64,000 nucleotides of DNA from a bacterium. GTDB lineage: Bacteria; Patescibacteriota; Minisyncoccia; Phycocordibacterales; VMGT01. Positions 48,103-58,752 of this stretch are shown in pieces (the first letter of the stretch is position 1; each line of letters starts with the position of its first letter). Below the pieces are notes generated by a model that saw only the letters and a program-made list of their open reading frames with translations, did not search any database and had not been told where the DNA came from. The stretch spans positions 318 through 64,317 of the forward strand of contig JAUYPI010000003.1 in assembly GCA_030697645.1 (NCBI GenBank). The letters are read 5' to 3'. The translations under genes and the position numbers were made by a program.

Positions 48103-49266
48103 ATGGTTGACAAACAAATTAAAAAACTTGTCAAGTTAGAAGCGGCACGCCAGATAGGCGTGATTAATCTTATCGCATCAGAGAATTATATCTCAGACGG
48201 TGTTCTCACAGCGCTTGCCTCGCCCTTTATCAATAAGTATGCCGAGGGGTACCCGGGCGCGCGATATTATCAGGGTAATAGTGTGGTAGACGAGGTTGAG
48301 TGGCTCTGCATAGAGAGGGCGCTCAAACTTTATAAACTGTCGCCCCAAAAATGGCACGTCAATGTGCAGTCGCTCTCCGGTGCACCTGCAAATTTTGCAC
48401 TCTATTATGCGCTTGTGCCTCTTGGCGAGAAAATCATGGGTCTCGCGCTCGACAGCGGCGGGCATCTCTCCCACGGGCACAAAGTCTCGCTCACCGGAAA
48501 GCTTTGGAGCCAAGTGCCCTACGGCGTGAGCCGGATAGACGAGCGGCTCGACTACGATGAGATCCGCGCCATTGCGCTCCGCGAGCGGCCGAAGATGATT
48601 GTCACGGGCTACACCGCCTACTCGCGCATTATTGATTTTAAGAAATTCCGCGCCATCGCGGACGAGTGCGGCGCTCTGCTTCACGTCGACATGTCACACT
48701 TTGCCGGGCTTGTCGCCGGTGGGGTATACCCATCGCCGTTTCGCTACGCCGACACCGTGATGACGACGACGCATAAGACACTCCGCGGCCCGCGCTCGGC
48801 GATAATCTTCGTGCGCGAGGAGCATGCGAAAAAGCTCGACAAAACGATTTTTCCCGGCATGTACGGCGGCCCGCACATGAATCAAATCGCCGCGGTTGCC
48901 GTTTGCCTTTTTGAAGCCACGCAACCCAGCTTCAAGCGCTATGCTGCCCAAGTCGTCAAAAACTCCAAGGTTTTGGCGCGGAGTCTCCAGTCACTCGGTT
49001 GGCGTATCATCTCCGGCGGCACAGATACGCATCTTTTCCTCGTTGATACGTGGATGGAGGGGAAGGGCATTGGCGGCAAGGAGGCTGCGGAGAGGCTTGA
49101 GGCGGCGGAAATTATTGTTAATAAAAACGCGATTCCCTTCGACACCCGTCCGCCAACCGACCCATCCGGCATTCGCCTCGGGACCGCGGCCGAGACAACG
49201 CGTGGAAAGAAAAAGGAGGATATGATAGAAATTGCAGAGAGGATTGATAGTTGTTTGAAATCGTAG
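48103..49266 (+). CDS. glyA: serine hydroxymethyltransferase
   Basis: PLP-lysine context HKTLRGPR. 387 aa. Confidence 0.9.
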   Translation: MVDKQIKKLVKLEAARQIGVINLIASENYISDGVLTALASPFINKYAEGYPGARYYQGNSVVDEVEWLCIERALKLYKLSPQKWHVNVQSLSGAPANFALYYALVPLGEKIMGLALDSGGHLSHGHKVSLTGKLWSQVPYGVSRIDERLDYDEIRAIALRERPKMIVTGYTAYSRIIDFKKFRAIADECGALLHVDMSHFAGLVAGGVYPSPFRYADTVMTTTHKTLRGPRSAIIFVREEHAKKLDKTIFPGMYGGPHMNQIAAVAVCLFEATQPSFKRYAAQVVKNSKVLARSLQSLGWRIISGGTDTHLFLVDTWMEGKGIGGKEAAERLEAAEIIVNKNAIPFDTRPPTDPSGIRLGTAAETTRGKKKEDMIEIAERIDSCLKS

Positions 49267-49334
49267 GGCAGCATAAATAGAGTTTCTCTGCATTTTTTTG
49301 TTTGGGGGCGAACACGTCAAGAAAGGGGGATGAG

Positions 49335-49697
49335 GTGAAGCACTTCGCGTTATTCGTAATCAAACCACCGCGTAACGGGAAGGAATATGTGCGGCTTATG
49401 TATGTCGAGAAACCTTCCGAGGCTCTTCTCATTTCGGGGGAACGATTGCTCGCGTATGTTGTTATTGATAGACAATTCAGCGCGGGAGAAAAAAAGATTT
49501 TAAAAAAAGTCGTGGAAGTAGGGCAGCCCGTTTCAGACCTCCTGACACGAGTGTATCATGAGCCGCAATTCTGCGAAGTCTATGAACTGTTGTCCGAAAT
49601 TGATGCTGCCACAGCTCCGCTGGCGAAGAGAAGTGATACAAATTTCCACTTACTCCTGCAGGTGTGGGAGTTAAGCGGATACACAAGGAGCACATGA
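49335..49697 (+). CDS. hypothetical protein
   Basis: GTG start with an AAGGGGG RBS. ORF track TTG 49302. Confidence 0.35.
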   Translation: MKHFALFVIKPPRNGKEYVRLMYVEKPSEALLISGERLLAYVVIDRQFSAGEKKILKKVVEVGQPVSDLLTRVYHEPQFCEVYELLSEIDAATAPLAKRSDTNFHLLLQVWELSGYTRST

Positions 49698-49890
49698 AGA
49701 AAAGGTGCGGAATGTTTTCTGCTTTGAATACCTGAACAAATCATAGAGCCCTGCCGTTACGGCAGGGCTTTCTGCTATTCGCTATCACGGTGAGTTTTCA
49801 GCAGCGTCTTGTTTCAAGCGTCGCAACTCTCCTCAGAAACGTGGACGTTGCACTCCCCGTAGGTAAGGTCTGCGGGGAGTGTTTGGCTCG

Positions 49891-50619
49891 CTATGTATTG
49901 GCGGAGGCTGCATCTGCATGGATGCGCGGTGCGAGGAACAAGTCGCTGTATGCTCTGTCGGGTGCGACGAGTCGTCTCTTGTAATAATCTGGGCGGTGTA
50001 CCGCTCTGATACGCACGCCGTACTCGACGACGCCTCTGCCGACTGCAGTTACAAAAACAACGTCGAGCGTGCCCGTATCAGAGAGGCGATCGAGACCCAG
50101 ACGATTTTGCCCTATGGTCACGTCAATAATTCGATCGAAGTGCGTGTGGCTCATGCTCCTCCCGAAGAAGTACAGGTAGCGTACCTGCTCGACCACGCGC
50201 CACTGGCCCTCTGATTTGAAAAAGGTACACCGCTCTCGTGCGCAGTAGAGGAGGGTATAGAGTATGCGCACGGCGAAAAAGGCGGCCACGACGACGAGTA
50301 CTTTTATGCCCCCGTAAAGTAGCGGAACAGGATACAGGAACCACGGCTTTTTGATAGTGCGCGGCAGGGCAGCAAACGCTTCCCGCGTTGGGACGTCGAG
50401 CGCAGCGTACGTAGCGTTGGCATGCTGCTCGAGTAGAAGCGCGAGGCAAACGGAGACGCCGATCCAGAATAGGCATGACAGATAACGCGACAGAAAACCG
50501 CGGTTGGTACTTTTTATTGCGAGGTACACCAGCGTGTCTTCGGTATGTTCGTTCACGTCATTTCTCCCATACGATGTGTTTTGGTTCCGAACGTACTTTG
50601 TCTGATAGTATTTCAGCAC
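49891..50619 (-). CDS. hypothetical membrane protein
   Basis: Several hydrophobic helices. No domain recognised. Opposite-strand ORFs rejected. Confidence 0.35.
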   Translation of the reverse strand: MLKYYQTKYVRNQNTSYGRNDVNEHTEDTLVYLAIKSTNRGFLSRYLSCLFWIGVSVCLALLLEQHANATYAALDVPTREAFAALPRTIKKPWFLYPVPLLYGGIKVLVVVAAFFAVRILYTLLYCARERCTFFKSEGQWRVVEQVRYLYFFGRSMSHTHFDRIIDVTIGQNRLGLDRLSDTGTLDVVFVTAVGRGVVEYGVRIRAVHRPDYYKRRLVAPDRAYSDLFLAPRIHADAASANT

Positions 50620-50665
50620 GTATCAGAGAGGAAAAGCAAGCAATTTTTTGTTATAGTTTTAGCAT

Positions 50666-51460
50666 ATGCTCGTGGAGGGTAAAAAAATTGCGGACGACAT
50701 CAGGTGTGAGCTTGCGGAGCGGATTGTCGCGCTCGGGCGGCAATTGATTCTCGCGGTGATTCAGGTCGGCTCGGAGAGGGCGACTGAGAAATTTATCGAG
50801 CGCAAGAAAAAATTTGGCGAAGCCGTGGGCGTTGCGGTTGTCGTGTACCAGTTTCCGTCCGATGTGGCGGAGGATGCGCTCGCGGCTGAGGTGAGAGCGA
50901 TCGGCGAGGATCCTGCCGTCGGCGGCCTTATCGTGCAGCTGCCGCTGCCGATTGAGATCAACGGGGGCGCGGTGCTCGAGTGTATTCCGCCGGAGAAGGA
51001 CGTGGATGCACTCTCAAGCACTTCGCGCGTACTCGCGCCGGTTGCAGGCGCGGTTGCGGAAATTTTTACGCGCTACAGTATTGACCCACGCGGGAAGAAA
51101 GCAGTCGTCGTCGGAGAGGGGCGGCTCGTGGGGAAGCCGGTCGCCGATTGGCTGCGAAGAGCGGGTGCGCTCGTCGAGACGGTTTCGCTCGAGATGACGA
51201 GAGAGATGCGCTCCTCTACCCAGCGCGCAGATATTATTGTCTCTGGTGCCGGTGTGCCGCGGCTCATTACGCCGGAGTTCATCAAGGATGACGTCGTGCT
51301 CATCGACGCCGGCACTTCGGAGAGCGACGGCGTGCTTGTCGGCGACATTGATCCTGCCTGCGCGGAGAAAGCGGCGCTCTATACGAGCGTGCCGGGGGGA
51401 GTGGGGCCGGTGACGGTTGCGAAGCTGTTTGAGAACCTTGTTATATTGGCTGGAGGCTAA
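50666..51460 (+). CDS. folD: bifunctional methylenetetrahydrofolate dehydrogenase/cyclohydrolase
   Basis: LxVIQVG..ATEKFIERKKK, GGLIVQLPLP and a Rossmann GEG.LVGKP motif. Confidence 0.85.
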   Translation: MLVEGKKIADDIRCELAERIVALGRQLILAVIQVGSERATEKFIERKKKFGEAVGVAVVVYQFPSDVAEDALAAEVRAIGEDPAVGGLIVQLPLPIEINGGAVLECIPPEKDVDALSSTSRVLAPVAGAVAEIFTRYSIDPRGKKAVVVGEGRLVGKPVADWLRRAGALVETVSLEMTREMRSSTQRADIIVSGAGVPRLITPEFIKDDVVLIDAGTSESDGVLVGDIDPACAEKAALYTSVPGGVGPVTVAKLFENLVILAGG

Positions 51461-51461
51461 T

Positions 51462-51607
51462 TAATTTTCAATTTTTAATTTTTAATTTTCAATCAATTTT
51501 GCAATTTCTCAATTTTCAAACACGACGTCGTCCGTCATTGGTCATTGGACCCTCCAGCTGGCGGATTGAAAATTTATTAAAAATTGAGCATTGAAAATTG
51601 AAAATTT
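51462..51607. repeat. palindromic element, family A
   Basis: Abuts the GTG start of the PAP2 gene. Confidence 0.75.
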
Positions 51608-52255
51608 GTGAATACGGCACTTTTTTTACTTCTGCACTCATTTGCAGATCGCTCTGCGGCACTCGACGCCTTCATTGTGTTCGTGGCCGACTACCTCGCC
51701 TTTATTTTCTTTTTCGCGCTGCTCGCCTACGAGGGTTGGCAGTGGATGAAAGGGAGACGAGCACGGGCGCGAGAGTTGCTCCGTGCTATCGGCATCGCGG
51801 GCTTAGCGTGGATTATTGCCGAAGCGGTGAAATTTTTTGTCGCAAGCCCGCGGCCGTTTTTGGTGATTGAAGGCATTGCGCCGCTCATTCGGCATGGCGG
51901 CTATGACTCGTTCCCGTCAGGGCACGTTACGTTTTTTTTCGCGCTTGGTGTCGCGCTTTTTCTTTCGGCACGTCGTCCATTTTTCGGGAAAACATCGGGT
52001 GTTGAGAGGGAGCCCCGCACTCTGCAACAGAGAGCGGGGCGACGGGAAACGCCGGATGTTGAGGAGAAAAATGGACTCGTAAATCGTCTGCTCGGCACTC
52101 TTTTCATGGTCGCCGCGCTCCTCATGGGCCTTGCCCGCGTCGCGGCAGGCATCCACTGGCCGATCGATGTGCTTGGGGGAATCATCCTCGGCTGCGGTAT
52201 GGCGTTATTAGCGCAGGGCAGTGGGGACTTCAAAACAGAGCACCAGCAGACCTGA
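51608..52255 (+). CDS. PAP2-family phosphatase (undecaprenyl-diphosphatase-like)
   Basis: PAP2 motifs KFFVASPRP, PSGH and RVAAGIHWPIDV. GTG start. Confidence 0.7.
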   Translation: MNTALFLLLHSFADRSAALDAFIVFVADYLAFIFFFALLAYEGWQWMKGRRARARELLRAIGIAGLAWIIAEAVKFFVASPRPFLVIEGIAPLIRHGGYDSFPSGHVTFFFALGVALFLSARRPFFGKTSGVEREPRTLQQRAGRRETPDVEEKNGLVNRLLGTLFMVAALLMGLARVAAGIHWPIDVLGGIILGCGMALLAQGSGDFKTEHQQT

Positions 52256-52388
52256 ATCTGCTGGTGTGATTGTTAAGGCCCCGTCCATAAATAGTTTCCC
52301 TAATTCCGATTGGACAGAATATGCGCCACTTTTCTTTATAGGCGTATGGCTGTTGAGAACTGCGCCAAACCATACTATAGTTGACGTG

Positions 52389-53750
52389 ATGCACAAGCCA
52401 CGATTATGGGCTATCGTGATTCTCCTCACCGGGGTTGCGGCGGGGTATCTTATATTCGCGAGCGAGCGCGCGGGCGGGCGATTTGCCTTTAAGCTCGGGC
52501 TTGATCTTGCGGGCGGCACGCAGCTTGTCTACCGCGCTGACCTCTCGAGCCTCGAGGAGGGTGAGACGCGCGAGGCCATGCAGGCGCTGCGGGACGTCGT
52601 GGAGCGCCGCGTTAACCTTTTCGGCGTCTCGGAGCCCTTGGTCCAGCTCGAGCGATCAAGCGCCTTGGCCCTCGGGGAGCGCGAGGAGCGGCTCATTGTT
52701 GAGCTCCCGGGCGTTACCGACATTGACGAGGCGGTCGCTCTTATCGGCCAGACGCCGCTTCTCGAGTTCAAGCTCCTCTCGCGCGAAGCCTCGCCCGAGG
52801 TAGCAGGTGCCAGCGACGTCGCAGAGAACGGTTCCACCCTCCACCCTCCACCCTCCACCTTCGAGTCCACTGGCCTCACTGGCCGCTTTCTGAAGCGCGC
52901 GCAGCTTCAGTTCACCGGCGGGGGTCAGAGCGAGGCATTTGCCGAGCCGGTGGTCGCGCTTCAGTTCAACTCTGAGGGCGCGGAGCGCTTCGCCGCGATC
53001 ACGCGCGAGCACGTTGGCGAAGTGCTCGCCATTTTTCTCGACGGTAAGCCGATCACGACGCCGGTGATCCGCGACGAGATCACCAGCGGCGAGGCTATTA
53101 TTACCGGCTCATTTACACCCGAGGCCGCGCGTGAGCTCGTGCGCGATCTTAACCTCGGCGCACTGCCGGTGCCGATTGAACTCATCTCAACGCAGAACGT
53201 CGGCGCGACGCTTGGGCGCGAGGCGCTCGACGCTGGCGTCAAGGCCGGGCTCGCGGGTCTTGCCGCGGTTGCCGTTTTCCTTATATTTTGGTATCGCCTC
53301 GAGGGCGCGGTAGCATCCCTTGCGCTCGCGCTCTACGTAATCGCAATGCTCGCGCTCTTCAAGCTGGTACCCGTGACACTCACCGCGGCTGGTATCACGG
53401 GCTTCATCCTCTCGCTCGGTATGGCGGTTGATGCGAACATTCTCATCTTCGAGCGCATTAAGGATGAGCGGCTGGGCGGGGGGGCGCGTACTGATGCGAT
53501 CGCCGCGGGTTTCAAGCGCGCGTGGGATCCGATCCGCGACGCCAACCTCTCGAGCCTCATCACCGCCGCGGTGCTCTTCTGGTTCGGCACCTCCCTCGTC
53601 CAGGGCTTTGCACTCACATTCGGGATCGGCGTCGTAGTCTCGATGTTCACTGCCGTGACGATTTCCCGCACGCTCCTTGTGGCGACCGAGACGGGGCAGC
53701 ACCGTCTCGAAATCAGAAGCACGCATCATCCCGCTGGCAGACGAATTTGA
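52389..53750 (+). CDS. secD: protein translocase subunit SecD
   Basis: LGLDLAGGTQLVY and C-terminal RND-like TM block (ILSLGMAVDANILIFERIKDE). ATG 52389; track start 52221. Confidence 0.8.
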   Translation: MHKPRLWAIVILLTGVAAGYLIFASERAGGRFAFKLGLDLAGGTQLVYRADLSSLEEGETREAMQALRDVVERRVNLFGVSEPLVQLERSSALALGEREERLIVELPGVTDIDEAVALIGQTPLLEFKLLSREASPEVAGASDVAENGSTLHPPPSTFESTGLTGRFLKRAQLQFTGGGQSEAFAEPVVALQFNSEGAERFAAITREHVGEVLAIFLDGKPITTPVIRDEITSGEAIITGSFTPEAARELVRDLNLGALPVPIELISTQNVGATLGREALDAGVKAGLAGLAAVAVFLIFWYRLEGAVASLALALYVIAMLALFKLVPVTLTAAGITGFILSLGMAVDANILIFERIKDERLGGGARTDAIAAGFKRAWDPIRDANLSSLITAAVLFWFGTSLVQGFALTFGIGVVVSMFTAVTISRTLLVATETGQHRLEIRSTHHPAGRRI

Positions 53751-53752
53751 GT

Positions 53753-54703
53753 ATGAGAAAAATACTTATCACCCTCTTGTGCTTCACCTGCTTTCTTTCA
53801 TATATATTCCTGACCGCAATAGTTGTAAAAACGTTTTTTCCGGATACCCGTCTGTACAGGGCTATTCAGCACATAGAGAGGACGTGGCATGCACCGGAAG
53901 CCCCGCCTCCGATTATAAATGTCCTAGAAGGAACGATACTTCCCGGGCAGACGGTGCGCCTTGGGGAGGTGAGCATCTCACTTTCAAATAGTGCATCAGA
54001 CGGCATGGCCGGCACCACGACGCAATTTTTATGGACATTCAGAAACGAATCCACTCAAAAACCGTTTTTCCCGGATCGAGCGATGCATAATTTTCTCACA
54101 CACGTCTATGCATGGCACGAAAATTTGGCTGGAGCTGTTGTCCACGCTCATCCCGAGCAGTCGGTTGGCGCCTCGACAGAGGGGCCGATTGAGGAAACCA
54201 TTCACTTCACGCACACTGGAGCATGGACACATGTTATGCAATTTGCCTACCGAGGCACGGTATACAATCTGTATACGCCGGTCATCGTTCCCAAAGGGAG
54301 CATCGCGCAGCAATCAAGGGAGATCGAACCGCCCGATCGTGGCCGTGTGCGAGGCGAAGATTTGAATGACGTACTTCTTACAACAAGTCCTGAAACTATA
54401 AAAAAGAACGTTCCGACACTCCTCACCTTCACGTTCCCGAACATTGCTCAAGCTGATGATATACGACCGGGACTCTCTGGTAGGAATTTTATTGTGGCGC
54501 TTGCCGGCGAGAACCTTTTTTGGAATGAGCATGGCGATGGGAGCGTCGAATACGTATCGGGCCAGTCGCAATTCCATGTCGTCTCACAGGAGCCGACACG
54601 GAACGCGGCTTCATACCTAACCACGTTCCCAAGAGCCGGGAAGTGGCTAGTACGGTTTGAAGACCGAGGAGACCACGATTTTTTTGTTGCGGTGGATGAG
54701 TGA
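53753..54703 (+). CDS. hypothetical secreted/membrane-anchored protein, low GC
   Basis: ATG overlaps the secD stop (TGAGTATG). Signal anchor. Track start 53522 rejected. Confidence 0.5.
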   Translation: MRKILITLLCFTCFLSYIFLTAIVVKTFFPDTRLYRAIQHIERTWHAPEAPPPIINVLEGTILPGQTVRLGEVSISLSNSASDGMAGTTTQFLWTFRNESTQKPFFPDRAMHNFLTHVYAWHENLAGAVVHAHPEQSVGASTEGPIEETIHFTHTGAWTHVMQFAYRGTVYNLYTPVIVPKGSIAQQSREIEPPDRGRVRGEDLNDVLLTTSPETIKKNVPTLLTFTFPNIAQADDIRPGLSGRNFIVALAGENLFWNEHGDGSVEYVSGQSQFHVVSQEPTRNAASYLTTFPRAGKWLVRFEDRGDHDFFVAVDE

Positions 54704-54880
54704 AGGCAACGAAGCTTGTTGAATGTCAAACGGTCGAGCACATTTATCCACAGGCCTCTCTTGCAGAAGCAGGCTCGTATTATTTATACTAGAGAAGTGA
54801 ATAAAATTAATGGTCGATGCCACGGGCTCGGGTGCACGGGGCCCGTCTTTTAGAAGTTAGAAGTTGGAGATTGGAATTTT

Positions 54881-55345
54881 ATGATGAACATAAAGAACGG
54901 AAAAAGAGGTTTTACGCTGATCGAGCTCCTTGTCGTGATCGCGATCATCGGCATTCTCTCCGGCGTGGTTCTCGCGAGCCTACAGAGTGCTCGTGAGCGT
55001 GCGCGGAACGCTACGCGTATCAGCGACGTACGCCAGGTGGTTCTTGCACTGGAACTCTATTTTGACGCGAATTCTGGATATCCCATCGCCGCTATGGGCG
55101 ATGATGTGCCGGACATTTTAACGATGCAGGGGTACTTGTCGCAAGAACCAAAGGAACCCGTGGCCGGACGACAGGCATACAGGTATGTTGCCATTACTGG
55201 CAATGCGGGGTATTGTTTCGGTGTTGACTTAGAGGGTACGCCTTCTGTTCCGAAAAACAATGACCCTCAGTGTCTTTCAACTGGAATGGGCGTTGAACCA
55301 AATCGGATAACTATCGCTGCGATTGACTACGCCGTCAGCCCGTAA
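54881..55345 (+). CDS. type IV pilin / pseudopilin (prepilin N-methylation domain)
   Basis: KRGFTLIELLVVIAIIGIL class III signal. GGAG RBS. Confidence 0.75.
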   Translation: MMNIKNGKRGFTLIELLVVIAIIGILSGVVLASLQSARERARNATRISDVRQVVLALELYFDANSGYPIAAMGDDVPDILTMQGYLSQEPKEPVAGRQAYRYVAITGNAGYCFGVDLEGTPSVPKNNDPQCLSTGMGVEPNRITIAAIDYAVSP

Positions 55346-55437
55346 CCCCTTGGCCAGTCTGTCCATCGCGCGCGCTTCTGTCCGAGTAGCGCGCAACTCA
55401 CACACCTCCGCGCGAGCGGCGGTGTGTGTTTATATAA

Positions 55438-55611
55438 GACCTCTTGCATAACCCGCTCCTGCTGCGATTTTTGATTTTTTGCTGCGACTTCGTCAGACTT
55501 CGCAAAATGGTTCTCGCCGTACAACAAGTACGCCGTCGAACCATTTTGCTTGTCTTCCTCGTCTCGCTCAAAAATCAAAAATCTCGCCACGAAACGGGTT
55601 ATGCAAGAGGT
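55438..55611. repeat. 174-bp palindrome whose ends are GACCTCTTGCATAACCCG...GATTTTTGATT. The same 38-bp end is repeated, inverted, at 57628-57667.
   Basis: Direct comparison. Internal palindrome CGCAAAATGGTTC...GAACCATTTTGC. Confidence 0.7.
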
Positions 55612-55712
55612 CTATACTATGCGGGGGACATCGGAGTCTCGGATCTCGTAATTCACAGACCGTTTTCAATGTGATGGATTTAATTTTGCGTATTTTGTGC
55701 TATTGTACAAAT

Positions 55713-57626
55713 ATGGACACATTCGCACCGCCGCAAGGGAGAAAACAGGGCAAGCGCCCGGGTGCTGCCCCGGAGAAGCCGCAGGTCATGAACCATCTCG
55801 TGACAGCACTGCTCGTGCTCCTTGCACTGATGACGCTCTACTCGTATGTGAGAGAGCAGAGCACGCGCGCTGAGGAAGTCCCGATCTCGACGCTCGCAGA
55901 TGACGTGCGAGCAGGACGGGTCGCAGGCATCGTGGTCCACGGCGAGGATCTCACGATTAGCTATAAGGATGAGAGCACGCGCCGCGCCAAAAAAGAGCTC
56001 GGTACCGCGCTCTCGGAGACTTTTGGTAACTATGGTGTGACGACGGAGATGCTCGCGGCTGTCGAGATGCGCGTCGAGGAGCCGAGCGGGCTTTTCTTCT
56101 TGGTTTTGAATCTGCTGCCGTTCATGCTGCCGGTGTTTTTCATCGTGTTTTTCCTTTGGTTTCTCTCGCGGCAGGTGCGCGGCGCCGGCATGCAGGCGTT
56201 CTCCTTCGGGCAGTCGCGCGCGCGGCTCATTGACCCGCGCGATAAGAGCCAAAAGGCGGTGACGTTTAAGGACGTGGCTGGCGTGAAGGAAGCGAAAGAG
56301 GAACTGCAGGAAATCGTCGAGTTCTTGAAGCACCCGAAGAAGTTTCTCGACATCGGCGCGCGGATCCCGAAGGGCGTGCTCCTCATGGGCCCGGCCGGCA
56401 CGGGAAAAACGTTGCTTGCGCGCGCAGTCGCGGGTGAGGCGGGCGTGCCGTTCTTCTCGGTCTCCGGTTCAGAATTCGTCGAGCTTTTTGTCGGCGTTGG
56501 CGCAGCGCGCACGCGCGACCTCTTCCGCATGGCGAAGAAAGCGGCGCCGGCGATTATATTTATAGATGAAATTGACGCGGTCGGCCGCGTGCGAGGCGGG
56601 GGGCTTGGCGGCGGCAACGACGAGCGCGAGCAGACGCTGAATCAAATTTTGGTTGAAATGGATGGTTTTGAACCGACGGAGAAGGTGATCGTGCTCGCAG
56701 CCTCAAACATGGCAGGGGTTCTCGACCCGGCGCTTCTGCGGCCAGGCAGGTTTGATCGTAGGATTACGCTCGACATGCCGGATCGGGAGGAGCGCGAGCA
56801 GATACTCCTGATCCACGCAAACCACAAGCCCCTCGGCGAGGATGTCAATATGCGCGTCATTGCCGAGCGCACGCCTGGGCTCTCAGGCGCTGATCTTCAG
56901 AATCTTATGAATGAAGCCGCGATCCTCGCCGCGCGCGAGAATCGTAAGAAGATCACCCAATACGATATCATCCGTTCGATCGAGAAGGTGATGCTTGGCC
57001 CAGAGCGCAAGAGCCACCTGCTCTCGAGGCACGAGAAAGAGATTACTGCCTACCACGAGGCCGGGCATGCGCTTGTGGCGTCGGTTTTGCCGCAGGCGGA
57101 TCCGGTGCACAAGGTCTCGATTGTCTCCCGCGGGCATGCGGGCGGATACACGCTGAAGCTTCCGCTTGAGGAGCGACGGTTGAAGACCCGGCGCGAGTTT
57201 ACCGACGAGCTTGCCGCGATGCTCGGCGGCTACGCCGCTGAGGTGCTTCTCTTCGACGATGTTTCAACCGGGCCATCGAATGATCTTGCGGTTGCCACCG
57301 CGCTCGCGCGCGAAATGGTCGTGCGCTACGGGATGTCAGAGGTAATCGGGCCGCTTGCGCTCGAGGAGCCGCTGGGGCGGATGTCCGCCATGCGGCTCCC
57401 GGGCGAGAAAGATTATTCGGAGGAGGTGGCGGCAAAAGTGGACGCCGAGGTGAATCGCCTCATGAACGAGGCGCGCTCTCGTGCGCACGAGACGCTCGTC
57501 GCGCACCGCGCGGCACTTGAGAGCATCGCGCATCAACTCATCGAGCAAGAATCCATCGAGCGCGATGAATTCGAAAAGCTCCTCATCGTAAACGGCATCG
57601 TGCCGAAGAAGAAGAGCGGAGAGTAG
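55713..57626 (+). CDS. ftsH: ATP-dependent zinc metalloprotease FtsH
   Basis: Walker [12 protein letters not shown] region and HEAGH zinc motif. Start uncertain: 55674, 55713 or 55788. Track start 55479 lies in the repeat. Confidence 0.9.
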   Translation: MDTFAPPQGRKQGKRPGAAPEKPQVMNHLVTALLVLLALMTLYSYVREQSTRAEEVPISTLADDVRAGRVAGIVVHGEDLTISYKDESTRRAKKELGTALSETFGNYGVTTEMLAAVEMRVEEPSGLFFLVLNLLPFMLPVFFIVFFLWFLSRQVRGAGMQAFSFGQSRARLIDPRDKSQKAVTFKDVAGVKEAKEELQEIVEFLKHPKKFLDIGARIPKGVLLMGPAGTGKTLLARAVAGEAGVPFFSVSGSEFVELFVGVGAARTRDLFRMAKKAAPAIIFIDEIDAVGRVRGGGLGGGNDEREQTLNQILVEMDGFEPTEKVIVLAASNMAGVLDPALLRPGRFDRRITLDMPDREEREQILLIHANHKPLGEDVNMRVIAERTPGLSGADLQNLMNEAAILAARENRKKITQYDIIRSIEKVMLGPERKSHLLSRHEKEITAYHEAGHALVASVLPQADPVHKVSIVSRGHAGGYTLKLPLEERRLKTRREFTDELAAMLGGYAAEVLLFDDVSTGPSNDLAVATALAREMVVRYGMSEVIGPLALEEPLGRMSAMRLPGEKDYSEEVAAKVDAEVNRLMNEARSRAHETLVAHRAALESIAHQLIEQESIERDEFEKLLIVNGIVPKKKSGE

Positions 57627-57627
57627 A

Positions 57628-57667
57628 CCTCTTGCATAACCCGTTTCGTGGCGAGATTTTTGATTCA
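57628..57667. repeat. inverted copy of the 38-bp GACCTCTTGCATAACCCGTTTCGTGGCGAGATTTTTGATT motif
   Basis: Reverse complement equals 55574-55611. Confidence 0.7.
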
Positions 57668-57939
57668 ATATTTCGGATTTCAAAAACGATGGGTGTGGAT
57701 AAGTCCCATTGTGCGCGTGAGGCCCCCGCATTACAATAAACTGACGCATTTTATTAGCCATTTTTTTTCTCTTCATGAGGGCATCTGACGATTTCGTGTC
57801 GCGTGAGTCGAGGGTATATCGTTTCAAAATTGGAACTGTGATCGCCTCGTCGCTCTCTGGCTTCATCGCTGGGACACTCGTCGCGAGCACAGTGTGGCTT
57901 CTCGTCATCATCGCGGGGAAGGTGTAGGAGGGAGCGCGA

Positions 57940-58100
57940 ATTATGAAATCCGCGACTCCGATGTCGCCGTGCGAAAGCTCCAAGCAAAAATCAAGCTCCA
58001 AGCAAATCTCGATACACAAATTCCAATGCGGAAACACGGACTACGACGTGTTCGTGATTTGAGATCTGAATCATTGGAATTTGTCTTGAAAATCCCCAGC
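57940..58100. repeat. palindromic element, family B-like (CAAGCTCCAAGCAAA arms, core ACACGGACTACGACGTGTTCG)
   Basis: Seen directly. Confidence 0.55.
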
Positions 58101-58157
58101 GGCTCGCGAAGCGAGCCGCTGGTTGCGTTTTTGCGCCCGCGGCGTTATTGTTGAGTC

Positions 58158-58316
58158 ATGTCCCAAGACCATCTTATCAAGATGCAGTGCAGCGCCTGCA
58201 AGCGCGTCACCTACTGGACGCGCAAGAATCGCAAGCGCGTCGAGCGTAAGATTGAGCTCAAAAAATTTTGCAACTGGTGCCGTCAGCACACTGCGCATAA
58301 GGAGGGGAAAAAATAG
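58158..58316 (+). CDS. rpmG: 50S ribosomal protein L33 (zinc-ribbon type)
   Basis: 52 aa: C..C...NY.T.KN......LELKKFC..C..HT.H.E.K. Below the ORF-track length cutoff. Confidence 0.7.
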   Translation: MSQDHLIKMQCSACKRVTYWTRKNRKRVERKIELKKFCNWCRQHTAHKEGKK

Positions 58317-58368
58317 CTGCGTCTTGCTGGCGGTGTGTGAGCCTGCAACATGCTGCCACTATCTTGCT

Positions 58369-58441
58369 GGGAGCTTAGTAAAGTGGCATAACAGGTGGCT
58401 CCAAACCACCAGTCGGGGGTTCGATTCCCTCAGCTCCCGCC
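58369..58441 (+). tRNA. tRNA-Trp (anticodon CCA)
   Basis: Acceptor GGGAGCT/AGCTCCC, anticodon stem GGTGG/CCACC with loop CTCCAAA, T-arm GGGGG-TTCGATT-CCCTC. One D-stem mismatch. The usual rpmG-tRNA-Trp linkage. Confidence 0.7.
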
Positions 58442-58442
58442 C

Positions 58443-58540
58443 CGTTTTAGCTTTTTGCTGTTAGCGTATAGCTTTTAGCATGACGGCGAGGCTTCTAAAA
58501 ACTAACAGCTATAAGCTAAAAGCTTGTATATTTTTGTTGT
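58443..58540. repeat. palindromic element, family C
   Basis: Lies between tRNA-Trp and tRNA-Thr. Confidence 0.7.
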
Positions 58541-58616
58541 GCCAACGTAGCTCAGTCGGTAGAGCAACTCCATGGTAAGGAGTAGGTCGCCGGTTCGATT
58601 CCGGCCGTTGGCTCCA
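58541..58616 (+). tRNA. tRNA-Thr (anticodon GGT)
   Basis: GCCAACG...anticodon stem ACTCC/GGAGT, loop ATGGTAA, T-arm GCCGG-TTCGATT-CCGGC, CCA. Confidence 0.85.
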
Positions 58617-58752
58617 GTGTTATAAATTCCGGTTTCCTCCCCCGCTTTTCTAGAACTAAAAATCGTGCTAGATTCGCTCAGAGAGGAGGCACTAAACCTT
58701 TGTGCTTCGTTGTTTGATAATCTGCAGCTAACAAATAAGGAGGTAGGCTGCT

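Noticed and set aside
57336-58037. 233-aa minus-strand ORF downstream of ftsH.
   Set aside because: It spans the inverted 38-bp repeat and the family-B element, and shares [14 protein letters not shown] with ORF 55444..55674 purely through the repeat. No coding signal.
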